Both the position numbers and the translations under genes were made by a program. A stretch of DNA of 63,417 nucleotides, filler included, from Choristocarpus tenellus KU-1152 (taxonomy: Eukaryota > Protista > Phaeophyceae): the NCBI GenBank assembly GCA_964200185.2. It is 13 parts of 13 records of this genome, joined end to end, with 100 filler letters (N's around TTAATTAATTAA, not from the genome) between each part and the next. Parts side by side here need not be neighbours in the genome. Positions count along the whole stretch, not along the records: positions 33,548 to 39,972 come from CAXNAD020008165.1; positions 40,073 to 42,931 come from CAXNAD020024150.1; positions 43,032 to 47,811 come from CAXNAD020013090.1; 10 more parts are not named here. The stretch is one strand, 5' to 3'. The notes below the pieces were generated by a model. That model searched no databases, had not been told where the DNA came from, and was given only the letters and a program-made list of their open reading frames with translations. Shown in pieces: positions 34,047 through 46,961 of this stretch. Numbering within the stretch: position 1 is the stretch's first letter; each line of letters opens with the position of its first letter.

Positions 34047-37000
34047 GACAGCAACGTTCTTGACAAGACAGCCAGACTGCATCAAGTTTGGGGAACTGCG
34101 TCACTACCAGCTGGAAGGTCTCAACTGGATGATTCGACTCAACGAGAACGGGATTAACGGTGTGTAAAGACATAATTAAAATAACTTGTAAAATAACTCA
34201 GTAATAACATATACAATGGCTCATAAATAACACACTATTAAAACATTAGTATCACATAAATAACTTAACTTTGGGGTCAAGATAAGTTCTGTTTTTGATC
34301 CCCAAACTCCCAGCAGTAGCCCTTGCATCTGAAATTTCCTCTAATGACAGTAATATTATTAATATTTACTGTGGGGACTTCTTATTCCTCCCTCTGGAGG
34401 TCCACATGTCCAGGAACTGGAAAATGGGTCAGTCAAAAATTATTCCCCCCCCCCCCCCCAGCTGCCCCACACACAAACTGTCTTGTTTAATTTCCCCATT
34501 GTGCTGGTGCTGTACCCCTCACTATCAGGGATCTTGGCTGATGAGATGGGTCTGGGCAAGACCCTTCAGAGCATCAGTGTGTTGGCCTACATGTATGAGC
34601 ACCTGGGAGTCAGTGGACCGCACATCATCCTTGTCCCCAAGAGCACACTCTCCAACTGGCTCAATGAGATCAGGCGTTGGTGTCCTGTGTTACGACCTCT
34701 TCGCTTTCACGGTACAAAGGCAAGACAACACAACACACATTAACTTAGGGAGCTTGAGGAATATATTTTTTTATAAAGAGGTGGAGGGCGTGAAGGAAGG
34801 GGTGTGTGTGTGTGTGTATGAAAACCCTCATGTTGTAATGAGACATTTTCAAGAGTTTTAATGAAGTAGATTTAAGAAGAGAATACATTTTCCAACACCT
34901 TGCTCAACCAACGACAATGAGAGAGAGAGAGAGAGACCCACACCCATAGTCAATCTTACAGTGTACAAAAAATAAATAAATTATGTTGTCTAGAAGAGTG
35001 CTTCACCAGTGAAATCATTTGGAAATTGTAGGCCCTTTCCTCCATATTTTGATTATACCTTTCTCTGACACTTCAATACCACATCCCTACCCTAGCCCCA
35101 ACTCAATGCAATGGTGACTAGTGTTAATAATAATATGATAGTGCTATTACCTGTACTAACACTGATGCTAACCCTGATACTACTACTGAGTATATATATT
35201 GTTACACTTTTTTTTTTACATCTAGGAGGAGCGCCTAGGGCTGGTGGAGACTAGGCTGAGGGGGGCAGAGAGAGAGGGGGAGCGTGACTGGGATGTTGTG
35301 AGTGTACTGAAAGAAACTAGACAAGAGCTACTTAGAATAGTGGCAAACAGTTGGTACTGCTGTTAATGTATCTAAGGTACTGTTGCTTGCATGCCCGTTG
35401 TTTGCTTGACTTTTGGTGGTGACTGGTAGTGTTGGTGTTAGGGTTAGGGTTACAGGAGAGGAGAGGATGAGGAGACTCATCAGTGAGTAAGCAAATGAGA
35501 TTCACCTTTTATTTTTGTTTGTACGTAAGAGAGTAGAGTAGTGACGTTACTATCACTATCAAGACAGTACATTGCGCGGACTGTACATAATGATAATAAT
35601 AATATTTGCTCAAGAGGAGGAAGGTGTGGTGCATGTAACTGGAGTAAGGAGGGAGTTCCAATGGGGTCTTTTGGCGTATGGTGAGATTCAGAGGGTGGGC
35701 TGGGGGTACGAGGGGGAGGAGGAAGGGGGGGGGGGCAGTGATCCTCACTTGTTTTGTGTGGATGTTTTCAATATTAAGGTATTGTTGGCACCATACCACC
35801 TTTTGCACTTTTTAAGGGTTAGGGTTAGGGTTGGGTTTAGGGTTATTTGAAGATCCAACTGTTGTAACTCACTTACACAACACCCTACTCTGTCCTTTTG
35901 GTTGTACCTGTTCCATGTGGGTGTACTGTCTAGTTGGTCACCACCTACGAGGTGGCCAATTTGGAGAAGCGTGCCCTGCAATCAATTGCTTGGAGGTACC
36001 TTATCATTGATGAGGCACATAGGTGAGGAGGGGATAGACTTCAACTTTTTGACACCCTCGTAAGGCAGTTTGAAACGGTGAATGAGGGGTCTCTGTATCT
36101 TATCTCTTTTGAAGGGGTGCACATAGGGTATTTGCCTTAATAGGTGTTGACTGCATGTTGTAATTTGGTTAGGTGTTCGATTTGTTTGTTTGGTTTGTTT
36201 GTTTGCCTTGCTGGTTTTTCTGAATCACACAATTTTCACTCCTGTCTACTACATGAAACCCTAACCCTTGTGATTATTATCGTTATTAATATTTTTATCA
36301 TCATCATTATTATTATTATTATTATTGATTTTAGTATTGCTGTTGTTGAGCAGACTACTATATGCAGAACTGTGGAGAGGTATTAATATTATGGTTTTCA
36401 TTTCATAGTACATGAAGAACTTGAGTGCATCACGAGGTTAGTTGTACCCTTTTTTGTCACAAGGTGAGTTGTTGGTGACACACTTATGGCACACACCATG
36501 GTAATACTAATAATAGTGTTACAAATAGATCCCTTGATTTGAAAACCTTGGTGGAGTATATGCAACCCTGTATGTACATTCCACGGCAAAGGCATTGGCT
36601 GAGAGAGGTGAAGAGATGATTGGTTAACTGCTTTAACAGGGTTAAGGTGCACTTACAGAGGGCGCATTCGAGGAAATTATCCAGCCTTGGGGATGGCGTT
36701 GAGGGAAGAATTTAGAGAGAGGATTAAAAGTATGCCTTGGTACTGACAGGCAAATTGTGGGAAAGTGTGTAGTGTTGTGTTGACTCTATTTCGACTCTTA
36801 CTTAGTGTCCCTCTTTGTTGCAGGTGCATCAAGAGCATTGACATTCTCTGTACGAAATTATTTTTCAACTTACAACCGTGTTGATAGGTTTTTGTAAACG
36901 TTTGATGGGATCTTTTTGTGTTTGATGTGCAATGCGGTAGTACCAAACCTTTATTTTTCCTTTTTTTCTTTTAATAATACTTTTTTTTTTGAGAAAAGTC

Positions 37001-39364
37001 TCGTTTAGGGAATTTGGTTCGTTTCAAGTTTTTTTTGTAGGTCAACTGTTGTTAAAAAAAAAAAACTACGAGATAAGCATAATCATGAGGATAGTTGCGA
37101 TGGAACCGAAGGAATAAAACGGATAGAATGTTGATCAGAGGTTAGCCCTTGAGAATTACCTTAGAAAATTTGTAAACAAAGAATATATATATATATATTG
37201 GTAGACAAAAAAAAGAAGAATTGGTTTAGAGCACAGTCCTGACAGTTACTGACAGTTACTGACGGTTACATACATTCTTCTTTTTTCCTACAGAGGCAAC
37301 GATTCCTTAGCCTTAATAGTGAAGGAAAAAAGGATGGCAAATTGTCAACTGATACATACCCACACAGCAGCCTTCCTCCCTTGTGCTGCCTGTTAACGTT
37401 TTTGTTATTGGTTATTGGTTATTGGTGCCAATTCAGGCTTAAGAACGAGGCCTCGCTTTTCAGTCAGACTGTGCGTAGCCTGAACATGCAACACCGCCTT
37501 CTGCTCACTGGAACTCCTCTGCAGGTGAGCTAGTGTTTCCTTTTTTTTAATAAACGTGTTTGGATTAATTTTTATACAGTTCCTGAAACGCCTGGTATGA
37601 TTCCCACCCCTAATAGGGTTTCATCTTGTCCTATGTCCACAAACACACAAACACAACACAAACACTTTGTAATGACCTTGTTGTTGTTGGATGTTTTTGT
37701 TATTCTTCTGTTTGTTTTTTTTCAGTTGGCATTTGTTGCAACTGTCTCCCCCAACCTATTCATTGGCATCCACAGCGTGCCTGACTCTAGCTCTGCAGTT
37801 TATATAGTATCTGTATTTCTTGTAGTATTGTATGTATCTTGTACCTTATGTTGACACAGCTATTGATTGGGGTGCGTAACATGCCCAGATCTTAATTATT
37901 TTCTCCCTGGAGTATATTTTTAAAAGTATGATAAATTCCAATGGTGATATAGTCAGAGAGGTTATGCTCCCCCACCTTTCCACTTTTGCCCCCTCACCCC
38001 CTTTCAGGTTCTGTTGTTTTTGGTACACTCTTTGCTCTTGGCTCTGTCATTGAATTGTTCTCCTCAAACCTTGATGCCTTGTATTCATGTACACAGAATA
38101 ATCTACACGAGCTGTGGGCATTGCTCAACTTCCTCCTGCCGGATGTGTTCAGCTCCTCTGAGCAATTTGACCAGGTTTGTTTACAATTTGTTTGTTTACT
38201 ATTGACTCCACCCCCACCCCCGTCCCCCACCCCCCTCTGCTGTGGGGAAGGTTCTAGATGTCCCTTTCGTGGCCCCTCACTGATTAGGCAACGGACACGA
38301 TAAAAAATCATGTGTATATTTTTTTTATATATTATAATTTATATATTGTAATGATGGTAGTGGAATAATGATCATGGGACTTGAAATATGTTGTTGAGGT
38401 TAGGGTTAGGATTCAGGTTCAGGTTCAGGTCAGGTTCAGGTTCAGCTTGGGGCTATATATGGTGCTACCAGCTGATCCATTCAAGGAGCCTGAAGTTTTG
38501 TTCAACTAAAATGCCTGCAGTGGCTTGTAGTAAGTCTGGAAGTTACTTTTGGGGGGAATTTTAGTTTGATTGGAGGCGTATTGATTTTGTTCTTAATTTT
38601 TTTCTTTTGCAAGTTGTAGTTATTGATAGAGAGGATTGCAGTTATTGTATTGTAATTTTTGGACAGTATTGTGTGACATATGAGGTAAGGATAGTATTGT
38701 AGTCATGTGATGGTGCAATAACAAAATTGTTGGTGAAAGAGTCTTATAGTATTTTTCATGTATAGAAGTAGTTGAAGTGATAACAGATCACTGTGTTTAG
38801 TTGTCGAGTATACTGAAATAATAGTAATTGTCAATAATATAATGTACTGATGTTGTACCAAAAAAACAATGTCCAGATCGGAAGGTTTATAAATTGTGGA
38901 AAACAGGACTATTGATAGTAAATGTAGACAAAAGAGGGGTGACCTGCCGATTTTGAGTACAGACCGGAGGTTTCTACCAATCAGATACGAGGGAATTGGT
39001 GGATTGGTATGACATTGCAAGGTATACCACTGACAGACATATATATGTATATACTGGTGACAGTATGTATTCAGCACTTCATACTGCCATACCATTGTGC
39101 CAATTCCATCAATTCTATACTTTACAGATTAATACATACATACATACACACACATACACATACATACACATACATAACATGATATATATATATTAATTGC
39201 TTTTGATGTGCTGCAGTGGTTCAACCTGGAGATAGAGGACAAGGAGGCCAAGGAGCAAATGATCCACCAGCTGCACAAGATCCTACGTCCCTTCATGCTT
39301 AGGAGGCTTAAGGCTGATGTCGAGAAGAGTCTTCCCCCCAAGACAGAGACTATCCTCTTTGTAG
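34047..39364 (+). CDS. ISWI: ISWI/SNF2-family chromatin-remodelling ATPase (SMARCA5/CHR11-like), partial: N-terminal helicase lobe, 7 exons
   Basis: Exons 34047-34159, 34529-34719, 35226-35297, 35934-36022, 37437-37524, 38097-38174 and 39217-39364 join in phase. Translation: ...[52 protein letters not shown]...[15 protein letters not shown]...RFHGTKEER...DWDVLVTTYEV...[20 protein letters not shown]...[28 protein letters not shown]...WF...[32 protein letters not shown]. Contains Walker A, the DEAH box and the TGTPLQN motif. Truncated by gaps on both sides. Confidence 0.95.
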
Positions 39365-42275
39365 GTGAGAGGGAAGTCCGTGATAGATAATAAAAAGTAA
39401 CAATATAAATAATAATGGAGAAATCGGCATTCATGTCAAGGGAATCTAAGGTTCAATTTTTGCATACAGGTGTACCAAAAGATGTTGAGATCCCCCTTGT
39501 GAAAGAGTCTTTTACCATGTTACTCATGAGTTGTTTCAGAACAAATAATAGCTTTCTGCTTGCTTAACAGGACCTCTAATATCGAGATATCTAATATCGA
39601 GATACTGATATATTGATATGTGGATTGATTCATGCATTGACATTTTCATACTGGATTTTAAAAAAAAAAAACGAAACTAGAACTTGGGTGTATCATAGTA
39701 CATACTTAAAAATTAAACTGTTTCATGTTCATACGCTTCAAATTGTGTGTTTTCAATACTCTGTATTATTGTAGTGCATCCTGAAATATAACCAGCTAGC
39801 TTGTTGGTGTCAGTATATGTGCGGTCACAGCATAGACCATCCATGAGTTTCCACATATATCTGGAGGCATCCTCAGCATGCCCTAAGTATCCCTGGAGTT
39901 GACTTGGCGTTTTGTATGTATTACTGACTGACTTCGATATCTTCGTATCTACCCTGCTGTGGGGGTGGGGGTNNNNNNNNNNNNNNNNNNNNNNNNNNNN
40001 NNNNNNNNNNNNNNNNTTAATTAATTAANNNNNNNNNNNNNNNNNNNNNNNNNNNNNNNNNNNNNNNNNNNNATGGGGGGGGGGGGGTTCCTGGCATTGT
40101 TGGTATGCAGGTGTGCAGCACGCGATGCAACCACAAAACACGCCTATGTGTCATTTGATCACACATGATCTCCTCTTGCCGCCTTCGCCTTTTCATACCA
40201 TTTTAAGCCGTCCTGCTGATGGCCGTGCTCCTCTTGTCTTCAGCTCATGGCGAAGCGATCCTTATGATTACTATTTTTTAAATTCAGTATGTGATGTTCT
40301 TCATAGAGTAGTTGAACCTCTCTTTGTTTGTTGATGCAGTGATGGTCATCAATGGCAGTGGTCTTAATGAGGTGGTTATTGTAGTGTTTTTCCCGTCTCC
40401 CTCTAGAGCTGTAGAAAGGCTAAGCGGTTGCCATTGTGGCACGCTTGGGATGCGAGGGGAAGAACCCTCTACGCTGATGGGTCTCTACATGTGTATTAGC
40501 GTGTGTGTGTGTGTATGTATATGTGTGTGTGTGTGTGTGTGCGCGTGTGTGCTTAGCCTTGCTGTGCAGTAGGTTTATTGACTTGTGTTGAAGGTGCTTT
40601 TTTTCATATCGAATTGTGAATGAATGCGGTGCTGGTCCTATGCATCGATTTTTGTCAACAACATATCGTCGAGAGGCAATGCGCACAATTGATTCCAACT
40701 GTGTGCCGCCTGGCAGCAGGTTACCTTTATTTTCAAATTTTGGAGCAAGAATTATGCGGGCGAAGCAACGACCATGTCGATGACCTCGTTGGGAGGATTA
40801 TCATAGTCTTGACCTTTTGAGTGTCGGTTATGATGATGGGAGTGAACTGCTTGCTTGGGTTCGTGTTTATCTCGAGTCTTCCCTAAATAGTGCTCTGTTG
40901 GCCTTAGCCGACCGCTTGTTCTTCTGAAGATGGCATCACCCCAATTGACAATGACATGACCCGGACAGTGATGCAGTTCGATGTTTATCATCGCCAGTCT
41001 GCGTACAGGAGATGGTCTATTGTAGAACATGGTTTGGAATAGATGATTGACCCCTGAGTTCACGATATACCCAACGGAGTGTCAGATTTTGTGGCTACTG
41101 AGCGCTACAGAGCCAAGTGAAGCAGTTCTGACCTGTTCCGATCCTTCTTCACGAGAAAAGGAATTTTCCTTGAAACATTCAAGAGTCGAGGCATGTTAGG
41201 TTTAGTTGCATCTGTCTGAAATTGACTTTTCAAGAGTGAAGTTGACTGTCTAGGTTTTGTATTTTACAAAATACCAACATGACTTATCAAAAGTCCCCCT
41301 CCCCCCTTCCCCTTCCTCCTAGTCAATTTTCTATTTAAAGAATTATTTTTTTTTGAGAAAAAAAGAGCCAGTCGTAGAAGGATTTTTTAAAATTTGTATT
41401 GTGTGCGTGACCCCGTGCATTATACTTTTTTTATTTACTGGCTGTGAGAGTTATTCGGTGACATCATCATCGTGTGTGAAGAGAAACAAAAGAGGAGGTT
41501 TGGTTGCCTTCTTTTTGTTTCTTCTATTGAGCCCTAACCCTAGTAGAATCAAACGCAAGTGTTACCGCTTTTTGTTTTATTAGTTTTTTTTTTTGGTTTC
41601 TCACTATACCAACGACTGCGTAGCAGCTCAGCCAATAGAAAGGCCGTTGAAAAAACATCGAGCCAATGACGTGCGTGTGTGCGGACTTAGCGTGCACCCT
41701 TAAATACTTTTTTTTTCTTCCAGGTGCTTGTTTTGGAACGTGTTTTGTTCTGGTTGTGTCACCATCAGTCGGTTGAAGGACAAACAAAACGCCTTCAGCG
41801 GCATTGCACGGAAGTAATAAGGATAATAATAGTAATATATTCAACAATAATAACAGTGCCTGAGTCGCCAGAGGTAGATGTTGGGGTGCACATATAGAGT
41901 CGGTTGTCATGGTAAGATGTGGTACGAGTTGTATATATATATTTTTTTCGCATTTTATGTGGTTTATCTGGATGGGCTTAGGCTTTCTTGTTCTTAGCTA
42001 GCACATTTGTTCTATGTAAGTTTGAATAAATTGATTGTTTGTCCTTTCTTCTTGTATTGACGTCTGGTAAATGATAAGGTTCATTGAATTAGAATCGGGT
42101 GGGCGTACAATTTGATCCGAATATGAATATGAATATAAATATATATAAATTTAAATATATTGTTTTTATTTGTTGCTAGTAGCGCTGTGTTGCGTTGAAT
42201 TGGAATTGCTATTTTTTTTTCAGTGAGTATTGTGACATCTTTTTGAGGCTTTCAAGAAGCAATGGGGGCATAACT

Positions 42276-42310
<35 letters not shown>

Positions 42311-42829
42311 TTTCCCATCGGTGTCCTGTTTTTGGGTTGCTTGGCTTGAATCGTTGAGGTTTCATTTACACCCCAATGAGATCTCTCTCTCTCTCTCTTT
42401 ACGTAGTCGTTGCCTGTTTGTTGATATTTTTTCTGGACTTGTTTGCAAAGCACAGGGGTGGGTGACAGGTGATAGAATGGCTATGAACAGTCACTGAACC
42501 ATGCTTGAATAGTGTCGTTGCTGCTCTCATGAGGCACGCCCGCTTGAGTTGGATTGGGGAGGTTTTGACACCTGGCCAGGGGGAGAAGGGGGGGATGTGG
42601 GATGAGGCAAGCGAAAGACCCCCGGTGCCCCCTTTGCTGGATCATGTGTCCGTGGGGCTCAGTATTTAGTACTTTAAATGGAAATAGTAGGTGGGTAGGT
42701 GGGATGTAGGGAATGATGTGGTGTAAGGGAAGACTTGGCATGTGAAGAGAAGAGAAGGGGATTTTACTCTCAATCTATACTTATCGAAGATAATTTTTTT
42801 TACTGTCTTGAGACTTTTTTGTTTGTTTA

Positions 42830-42874
<45 letters not shown>

Positions 42875-43031
42875 TCTGTGGAGCAAAGGTTTTTTTTTTT
42901 GTGTGCTCTTTGCTTTTTTAAAATAAAAAAANNNNNNNNNNNNNNNNNNNNNNNNNNNNNNNNNNNNNNNNNNNNTTAATTAATTAANNNNNNNNNNNNN
43001 NNNNNNNNNNNNNNNNNNNNNNNNNNNNNNN

Positions 43032-43480
43032 CCGTGGGTCACCGGTATGTACTGGCCTCCTCGTGGTGTGACACAACCTCCCTAAGGGTCAATCTACAAC
43101 CAGGGATACCTGCAGTGATTCAGTCCACCCCTTTTGGCAGTGCCACATGAGCACTTTTGTCTGATGTGCACTTTGACATGGGTCAGCCTCAGCATTTCAC
43201 CCTGACTATTCAACAAGTTCCAAAAATCGAATGCATCAGTCCCTTCCTCATCGACATGTCGAATGCGTCTCATGGGGTCATACTTTCCCATATATGACGT
43301 AGCCTCGTGAAAATGCTGTATACAAATGCAGCAAGCATAGTGTGTACGTTGTCACAGCAAATCGAAGGTAGGAGCACCCTCTGCGATGAAGAGTCCACTG
43401 GGTCCATGAATGAATGAGCTTGGCAGCTCAACAAAGCCATCAACAAGATAGGCCCCTCAATGGTGGTTGCGCTGGTTATG
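43032..43480 (-). pseudogene. Possible PIF/Harbinger transposase C-terminal relic
   Basis: Fragments in mixed frames (GAYLVDG, WTQW, YACCI) in the expected order for YLxxDxGY...ACCILHN. Heavily decayed. Confidence 0.3.
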
Positions 43481-44524
43481 CGTTACTGGATTGAACTATA
43501 AACCCAAATTGGATTTATGTGAGTTGGAACTGTCGAGAATTAGTTCAAAATAGCACTACGTGGACGTACGGAAAATAATGAAATAATAACGTGCTTATTG
43601 AATGTGTATGAAAAAAGAGAAGGAATACTCCCCACAACGAATGGGGAGCATTAATTAGACCTCTACAGGAAGAGGAGGACACACAAACATTTGCAATTGC
43701 AACCTTTTTCAACCTCTTGTCCTCGCCCTTTCCAACTCAATTATTCTCACCCTCTTTAGACGACACCTAGCACTATTCCTACCCTCGTTAGAGTTGCGAT
43801 CAATTTCATCCTCTCTGACCACAAATTTTACGTGCACTGGCTGTTCGCTCTTGGATATCATGTAGGTGATGAGTTGGCCAGCCTTCTCAAGTGCGTTGTG
43901 GCCACCATTCACTTGCATGGAGGAGAGGGAGTGGACACCCATATCTAGTACAGGTGTTGTCCACAGACACATATGGGGGGGGGGATCACATGGTAAATGA
44001 ACCAACCCATCCCCAGGACCGAATGACCATTAAGGATATTTTTATGTGCCTCCTGGCAAAGAATCTTACGCATTGTTCCGTACTTTTCCTACCGTAGTGG
44101 ACGCTCTTCACCTTGGTACTAATCTGCCAAATATGTCGGCAATTGCCGGTGGTGTTTGTTCAACACAGGCTATCCACAAATTTGGTGGACATGACTACAT
44201 CAGAGAAGCATCGAGATATTCTTTGGGCCCCTTTAGACTCGTAGCAAGTGGAGTATATCGTCCCTGAGGAAAATGCGGAATTGGATAGAGGAGTGGCAGT
44301 GAGCCAAGGAGTGGAGGGGTATACCCAGAGTTGTATTTAAAGGATGGTGACAACTATGTGCAAAACTCGGCTTTTTTTGCAAATTCGTTAATAGATATTT
44401 CTCAATTTCTGTGAAAAGGTCTCAAGCAACAGAGAAATCAACGCTCTCAAGCCGAACATAGCACTTTACACATAGAAATATGGATGAATTCCTAAAGACG
44501 TGAAAAACTGATCTAAAATGAAAA

Positions 44525-44734
44525 TCTGTTATCTGGGCATCTCTCGTTTACGTTGATTCAGTGTTACTAAGAAGATTTATCCCGAGAGGTAAAAAATATT
44601 GAAATATTTGATGTGATGGGAAGAAATGGTCTGTTATCTGAGCACCTCTCGTTTACGTTGACTCGGTGTTACTAAGAAGAATTATCCCGAAAGGCGAAAA
44701 ATATTGAAATATTTGCTGTGGTAGGAAGAAATGG
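44525..44734. repeat. Tandem duplication, 2 x 105 bp
   Basis: TCTGTTATCTG(G/A)GCA(T/C)CTCTCGTTTACGTTGA...GGAAGAAATGG at 44525 and 44630. Confidence 0.9.
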
Positions 44735-46702
44735 GGGTAAAGCTTATTATGTAGTCTTTATTTTTTGAGTGAACACAAATGTTATCTGTGACGGGGACAA
44801 GTCTATGTTCAATTTAAGAATCGAGAGGATGTCCTGTACAAGACCTTCATGACAGTGGGTGTACACAAACGAAGTTTGTCGGTCGGTGTGTGTAGTTTGT
44901 TGGTGAATTCACGGCACAGCGTTTTTGTTTCAGTGAAGTACTTCTTGTCGTATCTCACCTCTAATTCATTCATTGAGGATGCCCGAACTGTGTCAGCCGT
45001 GTAGTTGCGTCAACTAGTTCCGTGAAAGTCATCTCTGGTAGGTGCGAACGATTCTTTCCCCCCTTTCCAGCGTCCACATATATAAATGGAACGGCAAGTC
45101 GTTCACCTTGTGGTCCCCATGCAGTTTGAAGGAGGAAAGGAAAAATAGGACAATATGCAGCTGTATATAGAGAAAGGGGTATAGGAGGAATTGTGCGTTA
45201 TCCAGGAAAAGGTGGAATTGTTGTAGGGAAGTATGATATCTTTTCACTGTAAGGACCATAAACTCGTAGTAACATCACGTAGAGTGGAGTTATTTTTTTT
45301 TACATAACTTGAAAAAAGTGTATGTTGTATGTAGAGTTTGGTTGTATCATATTTATGGACAGGTTATGAATCAGGTTTATGTCGTAGAACCGTATGTAAG
45401 GAAGGTAAATGTTTTTTCGATGGGTTGCGAATGAGGTGGTTGTTGTAACACTACACATGTAGAGGAGTGTATACAATATTTCAAGGGAACATTGTTGTAT
45501 ATCTGGTATTCAAATTGCATTTAGTTTTTCGAGAGGTATCTTTTCAGATTTCCGACATCTGTTGTTACATTCTTTCAAGGGGTTCTTGCGATTTTGGTTT
45601 TGCTTATTCCTTGACAGATCTCGAAAATGCAGAGCATAATAATAATATACTTAGTATATTTCAAGGTTTATCACGACTTCAAACCTTGGTAAGGTATGGG
45701 TAACATCAGGGCCAATGAAATGGTATGATCTATGGTTGGACAAGTTGCACTGTAGATACTGTTTGAAAATACACGATTCGATACACTGTAACTCCTTGGC
45801 TTTCCACGGTATTTTGATGTTTGGACGGTATTGTACGGACGGTACAGTTTTTCCACGTTTTTCCACGATGGAGGTTTCTATCTTGAGTCCTCCGCCTAGA
45901 CATCGTTGGAGTCCTCTCTCACATATCTGGTGGCGGACCATCCCCTGTTGATGTGTCAAACATGCCACCTGATCAGATATCAACATTTTTGAATTATTGC
46001 ACTGTTCCTTCGGGAAATTATGAAATTATAAATTAGCTAGAATGGAAACTTGAGTTTAAGTGTGAGTGTGTGTTTGTGCTTTGTGTGGTGGCATGGGAGA
46101 TTAGATACACCTGTTGGTGCTGGTGGAGCAGGGGTAGAGATCAATGGTGAAGGTAGAGTTATTTAGTGATGGCTCTCGCAGTTTAATTGCACACCAGATC
46201 ACGAACAGACTATGTAATATCTGGTATCGTGCAGCAGGCACCCTTTCCTCTAGGAAACAGGTGAGTGTCGACATACCCACACTTGTTGCTGTTGAGTGGA
46301 AACGGGGAAACAGGAAGGTCGATGGTGTGATCTGTTTTTGCTGGGACAAACGTCAAACTGTGGACACAACATCCATCCAGCAAGAATAGCGACTTGTCAC
46401 ACAAGGAGGTGTGGATTAGTTGACAAGGCGACCATTCTCACAATACTGCGCCTCACCAGTTGATTATGTCCTGCTCATTTTTCCTTTTGCCGACCATACA
46501 TTAACCTCGATCACCTCCTTGTCTTTCTCCTGCTTGTGTGGAGAACAGGTTCAGTTGGGCAACGAGCCCAGATATACCATCCTTGGAGATGTGATTAAGG
46601 AGATGCCCGCACTCCGTTTATCTGCCATTATTGACGACCAAGACAGCACTCCTTACACTTTTTGTGGTTTATTCGCGGGGGGTGAACGTGTGTTCTTTGA
46701 GA

Positions 46703-46961
46703 AAGTGAAAGTATCTTAGAGAGAACGAGTTTCGCCCTCTTTGTCCATATGGGGCTTTGCTTCCCACCAGTTTTTCTAAGATATTTTCTTACTCTAAAAT
46801 GTTTCGGACAAGGTCTAATGTACAGATTATTAATAGGTGTGTTCGGAGTAAGGATATTGACACTTCCTAACAAACGCGATATCCAAATTTACATCAAAAT
46901 CGGAATATTGGAAGTTTAACCCCAAATGGACGCGGCTCTACCCTCTAAGATACTTTCAATC
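46703..46961. mobile_element. MITE type B, full copy
   Basis: TIR TGAAAGTATCTTAGAG...CTCTAAGATACTTTCA, AGA on both flanks; colinear with 15321-15583. Confidence 0.8.

Noticed and set aside
40600-41720. Short ORFs and CCAAT/TGACGT promoter-like motifs
   Set aside because: No recognisable protein or transcript start; such motifs are expected by chance.
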